Shown piece by piece: positions 48,762-59,872 of a stretch of 64,000 bases of DNA. Position 1 is the first letter of the stretch. Every line of letters starts with the position of its first letter. Source of the stretch: Candidatus Nanoarchaeia archaeon (GTDB taxonomy: Archaea > Nanobdellota > Nanobdellia > SCGC-AAA011-G17 > JAFCDX01); NCBI GenBank assembly GCA_028716945.1, contig JAQUOT010000002.1, forward strand, positions 194,202 to 258,201, read 5' to 3'. The translations under genes and the position numbers were made by a program. The notes under the pieces are model-generated. The model searched no databases. It saw only the letters and a program-made list of their open reading frames with translations, and was not told where the DNA came from.

Positions 48762-49946
48762 TTATTTTATTAAAGGACTTATTTTCCTTAATTTTTTTAT
48801 TATTGCAGGTAAAACTTCTAAAACTAAATCTATTTCTTCTTCTGTGTTGAATTTTCCAAGACTTAATCTTATAGAACCATGTGCTTCTTCAGGTGTAAGA
48901 CCAATTGCAGTTAGTACATGACTTGGTTTTAATGATTTAGATGAACAAGCACTTCCAGTAGAACTACAAATTCCTTTTGCATCCATATATCCTCCAATAG
49001 ATTCTCCTTCTACATATTTAAAAGAAATATTTATGTTATTACATAATCTTCTATCGTCTTTTCCAAATAGTTTCTTGGATTCATCTATAGAAGGCCCATT
49101 TAATCTTACATCTTCTAAAGCTAATAGTCCATCAATTAATTTATTTCTTAATTTAGTCATATGCTTTATATTTGAAGAGTTATTAGCAAGTTTAACTGCC
49201 TCTGCAAAACCAATAATTCCAGGAACATTTTCTGTACCTGCTCTTAATCTATACTCTTGGTCTCCACCATCGTTTAATTTTTTTAATTTTACTCCATCTC
49301 TAACATATAAAGCACCAACCCCTTTTGGTCCATGTATTTTATGTGCATTCAGAGAAATTAAGTCTACATTTATTTTTTTAACATCTATTGGAACCTTAGT
49401 AAATGATTGAACTGCATCTATATGAAATAAAACTTTTTTCTTTTTACATATCTTTCCTATAGTTTCTATATCTTGTATAGTACCAATTTCATTATTTCCA
49501 TGTATTATTGAAACTAAAACAGTATTTTCCTTGATTTCATTTTCTAATTGAACTAAATCTACAAATCCCTCTTTATCAACTTTGATAAATGAAGTTTCAT
49601 AACCTTGTCTTTTTAATTCTTCAAAAGTTCTTTCAACAGAATGATGTTCTATTTCACTTGTAATTAAATGAACTCTATTATTTTTTGAAAAAGCAACTCC
49701 TTTTATAGCTAAATTATTAGATTCAGAACCACCTGAAGTAAAAATAATCTCAGAAGGCTTTGCATTTATAGATTTAGCAATTGACTCTCTTGCTTCTTCT
49801 AATCCCATTTTAGCTTCTTGACCTTTATGATGTAAAGATGAAGCATTTCCATATTTTTCTGTATAATAAACAGACATTTTTTCAAGAACTTTTGGATCAA
49901 CTTTTGTAGTTGCACCATTATCTAGATATATTGTTTTCATTAGCAT
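48762..49946 (-). CDS. iscS: cysteine desulfurase
   Basis: YLDNGATT, GNASS.H, DAVQ, AHKIHGPKG, RAGTEN, STGSACSS. Confidence 0.95.
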   Translation of the reverse strand: MLMKTIYLDNGATTKVDPKVLEKMSVYYTEKYGNASSLHHKGQEAKMGLEEARESIAKSINAKPSEIIFTSGGSESNNLAIKGVAFSKNNRVHLITSEIEHHSVERTFEELKRQGYETSFIKVDKEGFVDLVQLENEIKENTVLVSIIHGNNEIGTIQDIETIGKICKKKKVLFHIDAVQSFTKVPIDVKKINVDLISLNAHKIHGPKGVGALYVRDGVKLKKLNDGGDQEYRLRAGTENVPGIIGFAEAVKLANNSSNIKHMTKLRNKLIDGLLALEDVRLNGPSIDESKKLFGKDDRRLCNNINISFKYVEGESIGGYMDAKGICSSTGSACSSKSLKPSHVLTAIGLTPEEAHGSIRLSLGKFNTEEEIDLVLEVLPAIIKKLRKISPLIK

Positions 49947-50245
49947 TCACACTCCCCGCAATTCATAGGACAATTTTGTCTAATATGATTTTTAACTAAA
50001 TTTAGCAAAGGAACAACTGTTTTTTTGTTTAAAGAATATATTCTTTGTTTACCTTTTTGTTCTACAGTTAGTATTTTGCATTTGGTTAATCTAGTTAGAT
50101 TGTGAGAAACTTTGCTCTGTTCCATACCTGTTTTTTTAACTATATCATTAACAGATAAAGGGCCTTCTTTCAAGAATAAAATTATATTTAATTTAGTTTT
50201 ATTTGCAAAGTTCATAAAAAAACTGTTATATGATAGGAATTTCAT
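49940..50245 (-). CDS. ArsR/SmtB-family regulator with C-terminal CxxxCxxCxC
   Basis: SVNDI..EQSKVSHNL, G..RIYSLN, CPMNCGECEC. Confidence 0.87.
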   Translation of the reverse strand: MKFLSYNSFFMNFANKTKLNIILFLKEGPLSVNDIVKKTGMEQSKVSHNLTRLTKCKILTVEQKGKQRIYSLNKKTVVPLLNLVKNHIRQNCPMNCGECEC

Positions 50246-50264
50246 ATGAAAATATAATCATATG
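50241..50264. promoter_or_regulatory. ArsR autoregulatory operator candidate
   Basis: TTCATATGAA palindrome over the start codon plus a second CATATG. Confidence 0.45.
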
Positions 50265-50277
50265 TTATTTATAAATC

Positions 50278-53200
50278 TTATGGTTTTTGAGATATACTTA
50301 CTGTGCTAGAAATTATAATTGAATCAACTTGTTGAATTTCTGTAGTTCCTTCTACAGGTTTATATTTGCTAGGCGTTACAAATTTAACTTCATATTCTCC
50401 TATTTTAGGTATAGCATAACTAAATACTGCTTTTCCTTTTTCATCTGTAGGTTTATATAAATCCCAGAATAATAAACCTTCTGGAAGAACATTTGTATCG
50501 CAACTTTCAACACAAACATTTACTCCAGAAATAGGGTTTCCATCTTTATCTATTAAAGATAAAGCAACTGTATTAATTGGGTCTTTACATACATCTCCTA
50601 TTTTATTTATACAAATTATATTTAATGTTGCACTTGTAAGATCTATACTTTTTTCTAAATAAACAGGAAGATTTACTTTTTGTTCAGGGAAAATATCTAC
50701 TAATCCATCACAATTATCATCAATAAGATTACCACATAATTCTTTCATTCCAGGATTTATATTTATATTATCATCATTACAATCAATTTCTTCTCCACAA
50801 ATATCTCCAATAGTAGTATTCCATCCATCTTTATCTAAATCTGTACATATAACTTTACAATCGTCATCAAGATTATCTATGGTTCCATCACAATCATTAT
50901 CTTTTCCATCAGTACAATAATCTTTTTCAAGCAAAGGTGTAACTTCTCCTACACAATCTCCCCAAATTCCAGATAAACTACAAGTTTGAAGTCCTTCTTT
51001 ACATATTCCTATATTAAGAGTTTCTAAAGAACCAGAATAACATGTTTTAGTTTGGCCTTCAACACATGAACAACCTTCATCAATTCCTTCAACACAATTA
51101 TTATCTATTCCATCACAAGTTTCTTCTTGTGGATCTCCAGGTATAGAATTACATTCTGTTCCAGTTCCATCTTCTTTACATACATAAATACCTATGTTCT
51201 CACAAATTCCTTGCCCAACAATACAAGAATCTCCTTTGTTTATAAAAATTTCATCAGCTCCATTAATACAATTATCATCTAAATTATTACAAATTTCAGT
51301 TGCTCCAGGATTTATATCTTTATTGTCATCATTACAATCAATTATTCCAGCACCAGAACAATCTATAGTTCTATAAGTGTCTTCATCTTTATCATATCCA
51401 TTATTATTATCTGGATTACAATCTTCATCTTCCCCATTACAAAGAATTTCAGTTGCTCCAGGATTTATATCAGGATTATTATCATTGCAATCTCCAAAAG
51501 AATATCCTACTGCAAAGCAATATGCTTTTTCATACCAAATTAAAGAAGAGGAATAATAATCATCTCCGTCTTTATCACAAATATTAGTACAATCTAAATC
51601 TTCAGAATCAGTTAATCCATCACAATCATTATCTATTTTATCGCTCATGGTTTCATCACCACATTTTTCTTCGGTTGCTCCATTTAAAGGGTTACATGTA
51701 TCTTTTTTTATACCATTTTCACAGATATAAATTCCTGTATTTCCAGAACATATTCCTTCTCCACAAGTTGTTGGTTGATTATACCAAGTTTCTCCAGAAC
51801 CATCTAAAGTTTCAGCATTACAATCATTATCTTTTCCATCACATATTTCTATTGCGCCAGTATAAATAGTGTTATCATTATCATCGCAATCATCTCCCCC
51901 TTCACAAAATTCAGCAAAATGTCCATCCCTATCTGCATCACATTTAAAATCAAAAGTATACGCTGTAAAAACTGCGCTATCTATTTGAGGAATACTATCA
52001 AATTGAATAGATTTTGTAAAATCAAGAGTACTTATTGTTTGTTCAGGCTTTAATGACGTCGCTATATAACTATTTTCCAAATGTTTTTCTAATCTAGAAT
52101 CAAATATAAATCTAGTTCCATATTCTTTAGCAATAGTAAAACTAGGTATTCTTTGTAAATTACATATTACCTCATATTTCTTTGTATAAGTTTCATCATC
52201 TTTAGTAGAAGCAATACAAGAACATCCTTGATTATTTGTAGTGTTACATGCATGTATTGATTTTAATGCGATATTTTTCAAATAAGGATTATAGTATTTT
52301 CCTAAAGAAGAAGTTAAAATTGGAGTTCCTTCTGGAGTTTTTAGAGATATAATCAATTGTATATTTTCTGGAACAGGAACGTCTTCTTTAAAATTAAATT
52401 CTATTGGACCAAGATAATAATAATTACTATCTTCTGTCCCAAATTCTTTTTTAAGAGGTAATTCTTGTTCAATTACTATATTTTTATCAGGAGATATATA
52501 TTCCTTAGTTGCTAAATCAATAATTTGTAAATTATATGTAGAACCTGCTGGAATTGGTTTTGCTAAAGGACTATAACTATCAAAAACAACATTTGTTTGA
52601 TAAACCTTAGCAAGCTCTCCAGGAGCATATTCTAATTTATCTAAATTAACAGATTTAACTGCCCAGGCAGGAATATCCACAATGTAATTTGCTGCGGTTC
52701 CTGTTCCTTGTATAAAACTCATTACATTTCCAGATGAATCTTTTATTATTAAACTAGCATAACCTGCTGCTCCTACAAAACATTCTGGACTTGGATCTAA
52801 TTTAATAGTTAATTCTTCACCTGTAGGAATAGTTATCGCTTCTCCCATTCTACTACAAGATCTAGCTTCGGAATTTGGTCCAAAAATATTAGTTATAATT
52901 AAATCATAAGTTCCTGTAAAATCACTACTTCTTGTATTTTTTACAACAAATTTAGCTCCGATAACTCTTTCTTCTGAAATCAAAGATTGATTAACGTAAG
53001 CCGGATGCGTTGGTAACCAATTAAAAGAAGATATAGTTAAAAAGGGGCAACCTAGTCCTCCTTCATATTTAATTTTCATAGGTAAAGAATACATTATAGG
53101 AGTTCCCCAAGGAGAAATATAAATTTTTAAATCTTTTTCTCCTTCACAAGTTGTTGAAAGAAAACTAGTTTCTATACTCATAGAAATTTTATTCTCTGCA

Positions 53201-53514
53201 CCAATTTTTAAATCTAAATATTTTTTTTCAAAATTATAAGGATATATTCCAAAATATGTTCCTGAAAAAGGAATATTTCCAGTATTGATAGCATCAAATT
53301 TTACATAAAACTTTTGTCCATAAGTTATTGGAGAACCATCTATATTAGTTATTACACTAATTCCTTCTCTGGGATATAATTGATTTCCAGAAATATCAGT
53401 AATCTTTATATTTTCAATAGTAACTTGTTGAATAGCATATGAGATATTAGCAAATAATATACTAAATACTAACAAAAACATACAAATTATTATTTTTTTA
53501 TTTAACATAAACAA
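50278..53514 (-). CDS. large secreted protein with MopE-related DCxD..PGA.E.C repeats
   Basis: Signal peptide; repeated DCNDNN.DINPGATEIC..DNDCDG. Confidence 0.8.
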   Translation of the reverse strand: MFMLNKKIIICMFLLVFSILFANISYAIQQVTIENIKITDISGNQLYPREGISVITNIDGSPITYGQKFYVKFDAINTGNIPFSGTYFGIYPYNFEKKYLDLKIGAENKISMSIETSFLSTTCEGEKDLKIYISPWGTPIMYSLPMKIKYEGGLGCPFLTISSFNWLPTHPAYVNQSLISEERVIGAKFVVKNTRSSDFTGTYDLIITNIFGPNSEARSCSRMGEAITIPTGEELTIKLDPSPECFVGAAGYASLIIKDSSGNVMSFIQGTGTAANYIVDIPAWAVKSVNLDKLEYAPGELAKVYQTNVVFDSYSPLAKPIPAGSTYNLQIIDLATKEYISPDKNIVIEQELPLKKEFGTEDSNYYYLGPIEFNFKEDVPVPENIQLIISLKTPEGTPILTSSLGKYYNPYLKNIALKSIHACNTTNNQGCSCIASTKDDETYTKKYEVICNLQRIPSFTIAKEYGTRFIFDSRLEKHLENSYIATSLKPEQTISTLDFTKSIQFDSIPQIDSAVFTAYTFDFKCDADRDGHFAEFCEGGDDCDDNDNTIYTGAIEICDGKDNDCNAETLDGSGETWYNQPTTCGEGICSGNTGIYICENGIKKDTCNPLNGATEEKCGDETMSDKIDNDCDGLTDSEDLDCTNICDKDGDDYYSSSLIWYEKAYCFAVGYSFGDCNDNNPDINPGATEILCNGEDEDCNPDNNNGYDKDEDTYRTIDCSGAGIIDCNDDNKDINPGATEICNNLDDNCINGADEIFINKGDSCIVGQGICENIGIYVCKEDGTGTECNSIPGDPQEETCDGIDNNCVEGIDEGCSCVEGQTKTCYSGSLETLNIGICKEGLQTCSLSGIWGDCVGEVTPLLEKDYCTDGKDNDCDGTIDNLDDDCKVICTDLDKDGWNTTIGDICGEEIDCNDDNININPGMKELCGNLIDDNCDGLVDIFPEQKVNLPVYLEKSIDLTSATLNIICINKIGDVCKDPINTVALSLIDKDGNPISGVNVCVESCDTNVLPEGLLFWDLYKPTDEKGKAVFSYAIPKIGEYEVKFVTPSKYKPVEGTTEIQQVDSIIISSTVSISQKP

Positions 53515-54332
53515 TCTTCTCCATCACAATCTTCATCTATTCCATTACCTAATATTTCTTCTGCTCCAGGATGGACTAAATCATTACTATCATCGCAATC
53601 AGTTCCACCACAACTATTACTAGTATATCCATCTTTATCAGAATCAGAACAAGTTGGACCGCTACTAGAACTTCCACCGCCAGAACTACTTCCCCCCCCA
53701 GATCTTCTACAATTAGAAATATCATAACTACAACCATCACAAGATAAGACTCCCCTATCATAATTATCAAAATCAGAGCAAGAAAGCCCATTTAAGTTAT
53801 CTTTAGAACAATCACATTCAGCTTCAATCCTATATCCACTTGCAACGGTTTCAGCTACACATTTTTTAATAATTTCTGTTTTTACTAAATTATCACAAGT
53901 AACATTTCTATTTTCTATAAATATTACTGGGTATAATTCAATATTTTTTGCAGTAATGTCTGTTGGTGCTGCATATCCAATAATATATTGTTTAGTTTCA
54001 TAAACATTCACACTTTTTTCTGCGGTTCCAGAATCAATAACTTGGTCCCAAGATTTTAATCTATATTTTAAAGCAACAATGTTTTTATCCGCTTGATTTT
54101 CTAAATTAATTTCTATTATTTTACTATTAGTATAACAAATATCTTTTATCCCAAAATAAACATTTGAACAAGCAAGACTAATCACAGATTCTATTCTTGT
54201 TTTTTCTTGCTGATTTTTAAAATAATTATATCCCCAGAAAATTATCATAATCGCCAATATTATAACAAGAGAAATTATAATAACGTTGGATACTATTTCT
54301 GATACCCCTCTCTTTGACATTTTATTTTTCAT
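53502..54332 (-). CDS. archaeal pilin-like protein with Gly/Ser linker and MopE-related repeat
   Basis: KRG/VSEIVSNVIII class III signal; DCDDSN..HPGAEE. Confidence 0.8.
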   Translation of the reverse strand: MKNKMSKRGVSEIVSNVIIISLVIILAIMIIFWGYNYFKNQQEKTRIESVISLACSNVYFGIKDICYTNSKIIEINLENQADKNIVALKYRLKSWDQVIDSGTAEKSVNVYETKQYIIGYAAPTDITAKNIELYPVIFIENRNVTCDNLVKTEIIKKCVAETVASGYRIEAECDCSKDNLNGLSCSDFDNYDRGVLSCDGCSYDISNCRRSGGGSSSGGGSSSSGPTCSDSDKDGYTSNSCGGTDCDDSNDLVHPGAEEILGNGIDEDCDGEDCLC

Positions 54333-54334
54333 AT

Positions 54335-56437
54335 TTAATCGAACATTGAGAAAGCGCCACCATTTCCACTACCAAATCTTCTATCTTTGTCTGCGCCTGC
54401 TCTTATTCTTCTTTTAAAATCAGCTATATCTTGCTCATTTGCCTTTCCAAATCCAGAAGTATTTCTTAAACTACTTGCTGTTCTTCTTATAGGTATAGAT
54501 TTTCCAATCTTATCATTAACTATTTGAACCCCAGGTTTATCAAAATCAATATTTTCTGGTTGACTTACAGCTTTTTTTCCAGAACCAAACTTTAATTTTC
54601 CACCATATTTTACTAATAAACCCAATAAAACAATAACACCTATAATTGCTAAAGAAGTGAATCCCATATTAGATATATCTTTAGATTGTTGATAGATTGT
54701 AAAACCTGTTAAACTAACTAAACCATCTAATGCTTTTTCAAATATGTTTCTTTCGTCTGTTATTGTTACAGAATCAAAAGTTTTATCCATTATTTTGATT
54801 GAATAAGTTCCTGGTTTGAATAATTTAAATAATTCAATAGATTTTGTCTGATTTGGTGCTAAATAGAATTTTTGTATTGAAGTATCGGATATATCTCCAG
54901 AAGCTTCTATACTAACTTCATCTTCAAATTTATCATTACCCCTATTAGTAAGACTTAATTCTTGTCCAGATAAAAGAATATCAATTATTTCTACAACTTC
55001 TACATTTAAATCCTTAGTTGCTTTAAGACCTTCAGATTTTATATTAACCTTCCAAATACCAGGATAAGCAAATTCTGGTAAATCATATTTCACTTCGTTT
55101 CCAGTCATATCAATTACACTAAATACGATATCATTTTTTGTATTTCTTATTTCAATATCAACTTTTCTTTGTAAAGCATCATTAGCTTGATCATTTAATA
55201 TAGGTTTTATTATAACTGTTTGTTGTGGTTGATATGCTTCCTTATCCAATTCTATTGATAAAGTTGTAGGAACTGGAATAACGTCTATTTTGGTTGTAGC
55301 TTCTCCGTAATTCAAACTTTGATCTTCTGCATTGAATGAAATATTATGATAATAAGATTTTATTATTTTTATAAGGGGTATATTAAAAGTGAATTTTCCT
55401 TCAAGTATATCTGTTGTATAATTTTTATCATCGAAATTGATATTTACTTTAACTCCAGAAACTGCTCCACCTATTTTTTTATAAACTGTTCCAGTAATCT
55501 TTACTATTTCTTCTGGAAGATAAGATTGCTTATCAGTTAATCCACTTACAATCAAATTATTATATAAATTAAATTGTAAAGTATTTTCAAATAAATATTT
55601 ATTTCCATTATTATCAGAAGCTTCTACAAATACCGAATAAGCTCCCGCAGGCATAGAAATTAATTTTGTTTTGTAATTAAATGCGCCAGCAGTAATTGGA
55701 ACTGTATCTACAATATAATTAATTCCGTCTTTTTTAATATAAATTACAGACATACCATTAATGTTTATATCTTTCAAATTAAGAATATTTCCAGAAATTA
55801 TAATATCGTCCCCTAATTGAAATTCTGGTTTATTTATAGCAAAAACTCCTTTCAATTGTTTTGTAATTTCTAATGAACTTGAAGTTGTTTCATCTATTAA
55901 TGTTCCAGAAGTCATATCATTAAAACTTACTCTAAAAGAACAAGTTCCTAATAATTCTCCTGTTATTGGTAAATCATAAGAAAAGGATTCAAGTATATCT
56001 TTTTTTAATCTTAAAGATTTTGCAGCTAATTGAACGCTTTGTAAATCAGAAGTGGTTGTAACTGGTTCTGTTACTGTTCTTGTTACAGTTTCTGTTCCAT
56101 CACTATTAAAATCTTTACAAAAATGTTCCCAACAAACTTCTTCTCCAGAACATTCATCATCTTCATAACAAGCTTTTCTTTCAACTACTTCTTCGTCTAC
56201 TTCTATTGTTTCATTTACTGTGATAGTCCTATATTCTGTAGTTGTTGTTCCACATTCCATAAAAATATTTAAAATTCCATTAACGTCGTTTGCTTCTGTT
56301 ATAGAACCTTTTAAATTGATTTTCTCTCCAAGATTATATTGTGGATTTAAAGTGCTATCAATGGTAATTGCAGAATAAACTTGAGGTAAGATAAAGATTC
56401 CTAGAATAAAAAATATGAATAAAACGCTCTTTTTCAT
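54335..56437 (-). CDS. multi-Ig-like surface protein with C-terminal TM
   Basis: Signal peptide, repeated K..Y.(P/L)GE.V.I.G, LTGFTI before the TM. Confidence 0.7.
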   Translation of the reverse strand: MKKSVLFIFFILGIFILPQVYSAITIDSTLNPQYNLGEKINLKGSITEANDVNGILNIFMECGTTTTEYRTITVNETIEVDEEVVERKACYEDDECSGEEVCWEHFCKDFNSDGTETVTRTVTEPVTTTSDLQSVQLAAKSLRLKKDILESFSYDLPITGELLGTCSFRVSFNDMTSGTLIDETTSSSLEITKQLKGVFAINKPEFQLGDDIIISGNILNLKDININGMSVIYIKKDGINYIVDTVPITAGAFNYKTKLISMPAGAYSVFVEASDNNGNKYLFENTLQFNLYNNLIVSGLTDKQSYLPEEIVKITGTVYKKIGGAVSGVKVNINFDDKNYTTDILEGKFTFNIPLIKIIKSYYHNISFNAEDQSLNYGEATTKIDVIPVPTTLSIELDKEAYQPQQTVIIKPILNDQANDALQRKVDIEIRNTKNDIVFSVIDMTGNEVKYDLPEFAYPGIWKVNIKSEGLKATKDLNVEVVEIIDILLSGQELSLTNRGNDKFEDEVSIEASGDISDTSIQKFYLAPNQTKSIELFKLFKPGTYSIKIMDKTFDSVTITDERNIFEKALDGLVSLTGFTIYQQSKDISNMGFTSLAIIGVIVLLGLLVKYGGKLKFGSGKKAVSQPENIDFDKPGVQIVNDKIGKSIPIRRTASSLRNTSGFGKANEQDIADFKRRIRAGADKDRRFGSGNGGAFSMFD

Positions 56438-56558
56438 CGTTAATTAAGTATTTTATATTATTTAAATAGTTTACTATAACATAATATTTATATAGTAAAA
56501 TTCAGTTTTTAGTAAAGCCATACGATATTTTTATATACTTAATCTTTATTAAAAGATT

Positions 56559-58430
56559 ATGAAATTTTTAAGCTTACACTGCGATTATATAAAATTCAAA
56601 GCTTTAAAAAAAGCAATAAATTCCATAGAATTAAAGGAAGAAGATAAAAAATTAAAAGAAATTAAAGAAACCTTAGTTATACTTACCGCAGTTGAAAAAG
56701 AAGATTCTATTGCTTTAGTTGAAGATTATGTTAAAAACATAGAGGATATTGCAAAACAAGTTAAAACAAATTGTATTGTTTTATATCCTTATGCTCATCT
56801 ATCTTCTCAGCTTGCTTCTCCAGATATAGCAGTTAAAGTGCTTGAGAAAGCTGAAGAAATTCTTAAAAAAGATAAATTCAAGGTTGTAAGGGCCCCATTT
56901 GGAGTTTATAAAGAATTTGAGCTAAAATGTAAGGGTCATCCTCTAAGTGAATTATCTAGAGAATTAAAAATGGGAGATATTCCAAAAGGAAAAACCCAAA
57001 GAGAAGAAATAGTAGAAAAAATAGATAGAAAATATTATTTCTTAACCCCCCAAGGAAAAGAATATAAAGTTGATGTAGAAAACTTAGAAGAAATTAAAAA
57101 AGTATTGGGAGAAATTAAAAACGAAGATCTTTCTACTTATATTTTATTCAATGAGATAAAACATGTAACAGGAAAAGAGCCTCCTTCAATTAAAGAAATG
57201 CAACAACAAGAATTAGTTGGATATGCTCCAGAAGCGGATGTTGGTCATTTCAAATTTTATCCAAAAGGAAATTTAATTTTTGAATTATTAAAAGAATGGG
57301 CATATGAAATTGCAGTAAATAGACTACATTCTCTCCAGATAGAAACACCTGTAATTTATGATTGGGCAGATCCTGAAATAAGAGAACAAGGTGGAAGTTT
57401 CCATGAGAGACATTATGTTGTAAAAGCAACAGATGATCCAAAAAAAGAATGGGTCTTGAGATTTGCAGGAGACTTTGGATTATTTAAAATAATGAAAAAG
57501 GCAAATATAAGTTATAATAATTTACCAATAAGAATGTACGAATTTAGTAAGAGTTTTAGATACGAACAAAAAGGAGAATTATCTGGATTAAGAAGATTAA
57601 GAGCATTCCACATGCCAGACATTCACAGCTTTACATCTGATTTAAATTCTGGGTGGGCAGAATATAAAGAATTATATAAAAATTATGATGATCTAGCTAA
57701 GGGAACAGGAATAAAATATGCAATAGTTTTCAGAGTTGTTGAAGACTTTTATAAAAAATACAAAGACCAAATTATTGAAATGTTAAAATATTCGAAAGCC
57801 CCGGCTTTTATAGAAACTCTTTCAGGTATGAAACATTATTGGGCAGTCAAGCACGAATTTCAAGGATTAGATTCTGTTAATGGATCTACTCAACTTTCAA
57901 CAGTTCAACTAGATGTAAAAGATGCAGAAACATATGGGATAGTTTATACAGATAAAGATAATAAAAAGAAAGGATGCACTATAGTTCATAGCTCTGTTGG
58001 AAGTATAGAAAGATGGTTTTTCTGTATATTAGAAAAAGCATTTTTAGATAAATCTTATATGTGGCCATATTGGCTTTCTCCAACACAATTAAGAATAGCA
58101 ACTGTTGCAGATAGATTTAATAAAGACGCAGAAAAATCAGCTGAAGATTTTAATAAGTTAGGAATAAGAACAGATATTGATGATAGATCTATAACTCTAC
58201 CAAAGAAAATTTCTGAATCAGAAAGGGAATGGATTCCCTATACAATTGTAATAGGAGAAAAAGAAATATCTTCTGGAAAATTGGCTTTAAGAATAAGAGG
58301 AAATAAAGAAATTGAAAATTTGACAAAAGAAGAATTAATTAAAAAATTAAAATCTCAACAAGGAAATATGCCTTGGAAACCATTGCCTCTTAATATATTA
58401 TTAAGTAAAAGACCTATTTTTTACGGATGA
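56559..58430 (+). CDS. thrS: threonine--tRNA ligase, archaeal type with N-terminal editing domain
   Basis: H.DY, LYPYAHLSS, RAPFG.YK.F..KCKGHPLSELS editing domain; SFRYEQKGEL.GL.RLRAF.MPD.H; GSIER. Confidence 0.95.
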   Translation: MKFLSLHCDYIKFKALKKAINSIELKEEDKKLKEIKETLVILTAVEKEDSIALVEDYVKNIEDIAKQVKTNCIVLYPYAHLSSQLASPDIAVKVLEKAEEILKKDKFKVVRAPFGVYKEFELKCKGHPLSELSRELKMGDIPKGKTQREEIVEKIDRKYYFLTPQGKEYKVDVENLEEIKKVLGEIKNEDLSTYILFNEIKHVTGKEPPSIKEMQQQELVGYAPEADVGHFKFYPKGNLIFELLKEWAYEIAVNRLHSLQIETPVIYDWADPEIREQGGSFHERHYVVKATDDPKKEWVLRFAGDFGLFKIMKKANISYNNLPIRMYEFSKSFRYEQKGELSGLRRLRAFHMPDIHSFTSDLNSGWAEYKELYKNYDDLAKGTGIKYAIVFRVVEDFYKKYKDQIIEMLKYSKAPAFIETLSGMKHYWAVKHEFQGLDSVNGSTQLSTVQLDVKDAETYGIVYTDKDNKKKGCTIVHSSVGSIERWFFCILEKAFLDKSYMWPYWLSPTQLRIATVADRFNKDAEKSAEDFNKLGIRTDIDDRSITLPKKISESEREWIPYTIVIGEKEISSGKLALRIRGNKEIENLTKEELIKKLKSQQGNMPWKPLPLNILLSKRPIFYG

Positions 58431-59750
58431 TTTATTTTTTAATTTTGTGAGAGCTACTCCTATTAGTAATACAATTCCAGTTATTAATGCAGGATAAATT
58501 GCTTCTGCTTGATTTATTGCTATTCTTCCCATAAATATTTGTATTAAATATATTACTAATCCAACTGATATACTAATTCCAAGTATTTTTTTAGGAATTG
58601 ATATAAAGAAAGATAAAAATAAAGGCAAAAATATAAGTGCAGCAAAACCATTTATTGTATATGCAAAAGTTAATGTATCATAAACTGTTAATGAAATTAT
58701 TCCACCTCCAATTAAAAGAGCAGCAGTAAATATACGCGTCCATAAAACACGTCTTTTCATAAATGATTTACGCAGAGAAGATAAATCAACCGCTAATAAA
58801 AATGTTGCTGAATCAAGGCTAGACATCATTGCAGCCAAAAGTATAACTGGGAAAAATGCAGCTATAATGGGGGGAAGAATATTTTTATATCCTTGAGCAA
58901 AAGCATCTGTTGGTGATAAACCTGGTGAGGCTTGTACAACTGCTAAAGAATAATAAAATATGAAGCAAGCAAGCAAGAAATAAAGAAGAGCAGTTATTCT
59001 TAGACCTTTTGCAGCTACTTTTCCACTAGAAGAGCTATAAATTCTTTCCCAAATTTCTGGTCTAGTTATTGTTAAAGAAAAGGACATTAAAAATAGAAGA
59101 AGCATATTAAAAGATACAAATTTAAAATTCAATGAAGATAAAATATTTGGTTTTGGAAATATAAAAAAAGGTAAAAGTATTGTGATAAATAAAAGTATTC
59201 CTTGAAATATATCTGTTTTAACAACTGCTCTATAACCCCCCATTAGAATATAAGCCAATACTATTAAAACTGTTAGAGCTGTAGAAGCAAAGGCTGACCA
59301 ATGAAGAATCCCTTTAAATAAAATTCCATTCATATTTATTTGAAGTATAATTACCCAAGCTAAAAAGATTAACAAAGCTATCTTAGCAAATCTTCCACTA
59401 AACCCACCCCATTCTTTTCTACAGTAATCTGAAATACACATATAATTATTTTTAGAACCACTTTCTCTTGCTTTAGAAGCAATAAAAGACATAACAATTA
59501 ATCCTACAACCGAACCCATTATAGCTGCTAATCCCCCCAAAGGACCATAGGCAACAGTAAGAGCTACACCAAAGAAAAACATGGATTCAGTAACTAAGGT
59601 TGCAAAAAGAGTCATCACTGTGGAAAATTTACTCATTTTACGATTACCAATAAGAAATTCATTAAGAGTTTCTCCTGAAAGGCAAAAATAACCTATAGCT
59701 ATAACAATAATAGAATAGATTATTATAAGGATTATATCAATGGGTAACAT
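58401..59750 (-). CDS. sodium:solute symporter family protein
   Basis: F.IGNR.M, Y..GGYRAVVKTD.FQ, W.RIYSS, LAAMMSSLDS. Confidence 0.85.
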   Translation of the reverse strand: MLPIDIILIIIYSIIVIAIGYFCLSGETLNEFLIGNRKMSKFSTVMTLFATLVTESMFFFGVALTVAYGPLGGLAAIMGSVVGLIVMSFIASKARESGSKNNYMCISDYCRKEWGGFSGRFAKIALLIFLAWVIILQINMNGILFKGILHWSAFASTALTVLIVLAYILMGGYRAVVKTDIFQGILLFITILLPFFIFPKPNILSSLNFKFVSFNMLLLFLMSFSLTITRPEIWERIYSSSSGKVAAKGLRITALLYFLLACFIFYYSLAVVQASPGLSPTDAFAQGYKNILPPIIAAFFPVILLAAMMSSLDSATFLLAVDLSSLRKSFMKRRVLWTRIFTAALLIGGGIISLTVYDTLTFAYTINGFAALIFLPLFLSFFISIPKKILGISISVGLVIYLIQIFMGRIAINQAEAIYPALITGIVLLIGVALTKLKNKSSVKNRSFT

Positions 59751-59806
59751 AATTATAACGAATTATTTGTTATTTTTATACTTTTCTAATAACCTATTAA
59801 GACACA

Positions 59807-59820
59807 GAAAGGTTTAAAAA
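59807..59820 (+). promoter_or_regulatory. BRE-TATA promoter of the second thrS
   Basis: GAAAGG-TTTAAAAA. Confidence 0.45.
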
Positions 59821-59872
59821 TAGAAAAGTCTATAAATTAACCATTAGACAGTTACAAAAACGCGGGGTTAAA

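Noticed and set aside
51280-51480. CRISPR-like repeats (ATTTCAGTTGCTCCAGGATTTATATC twice)
   Set aside because: In-frame coding repeats of DINPGATEI; no regular spacers and no cas genes
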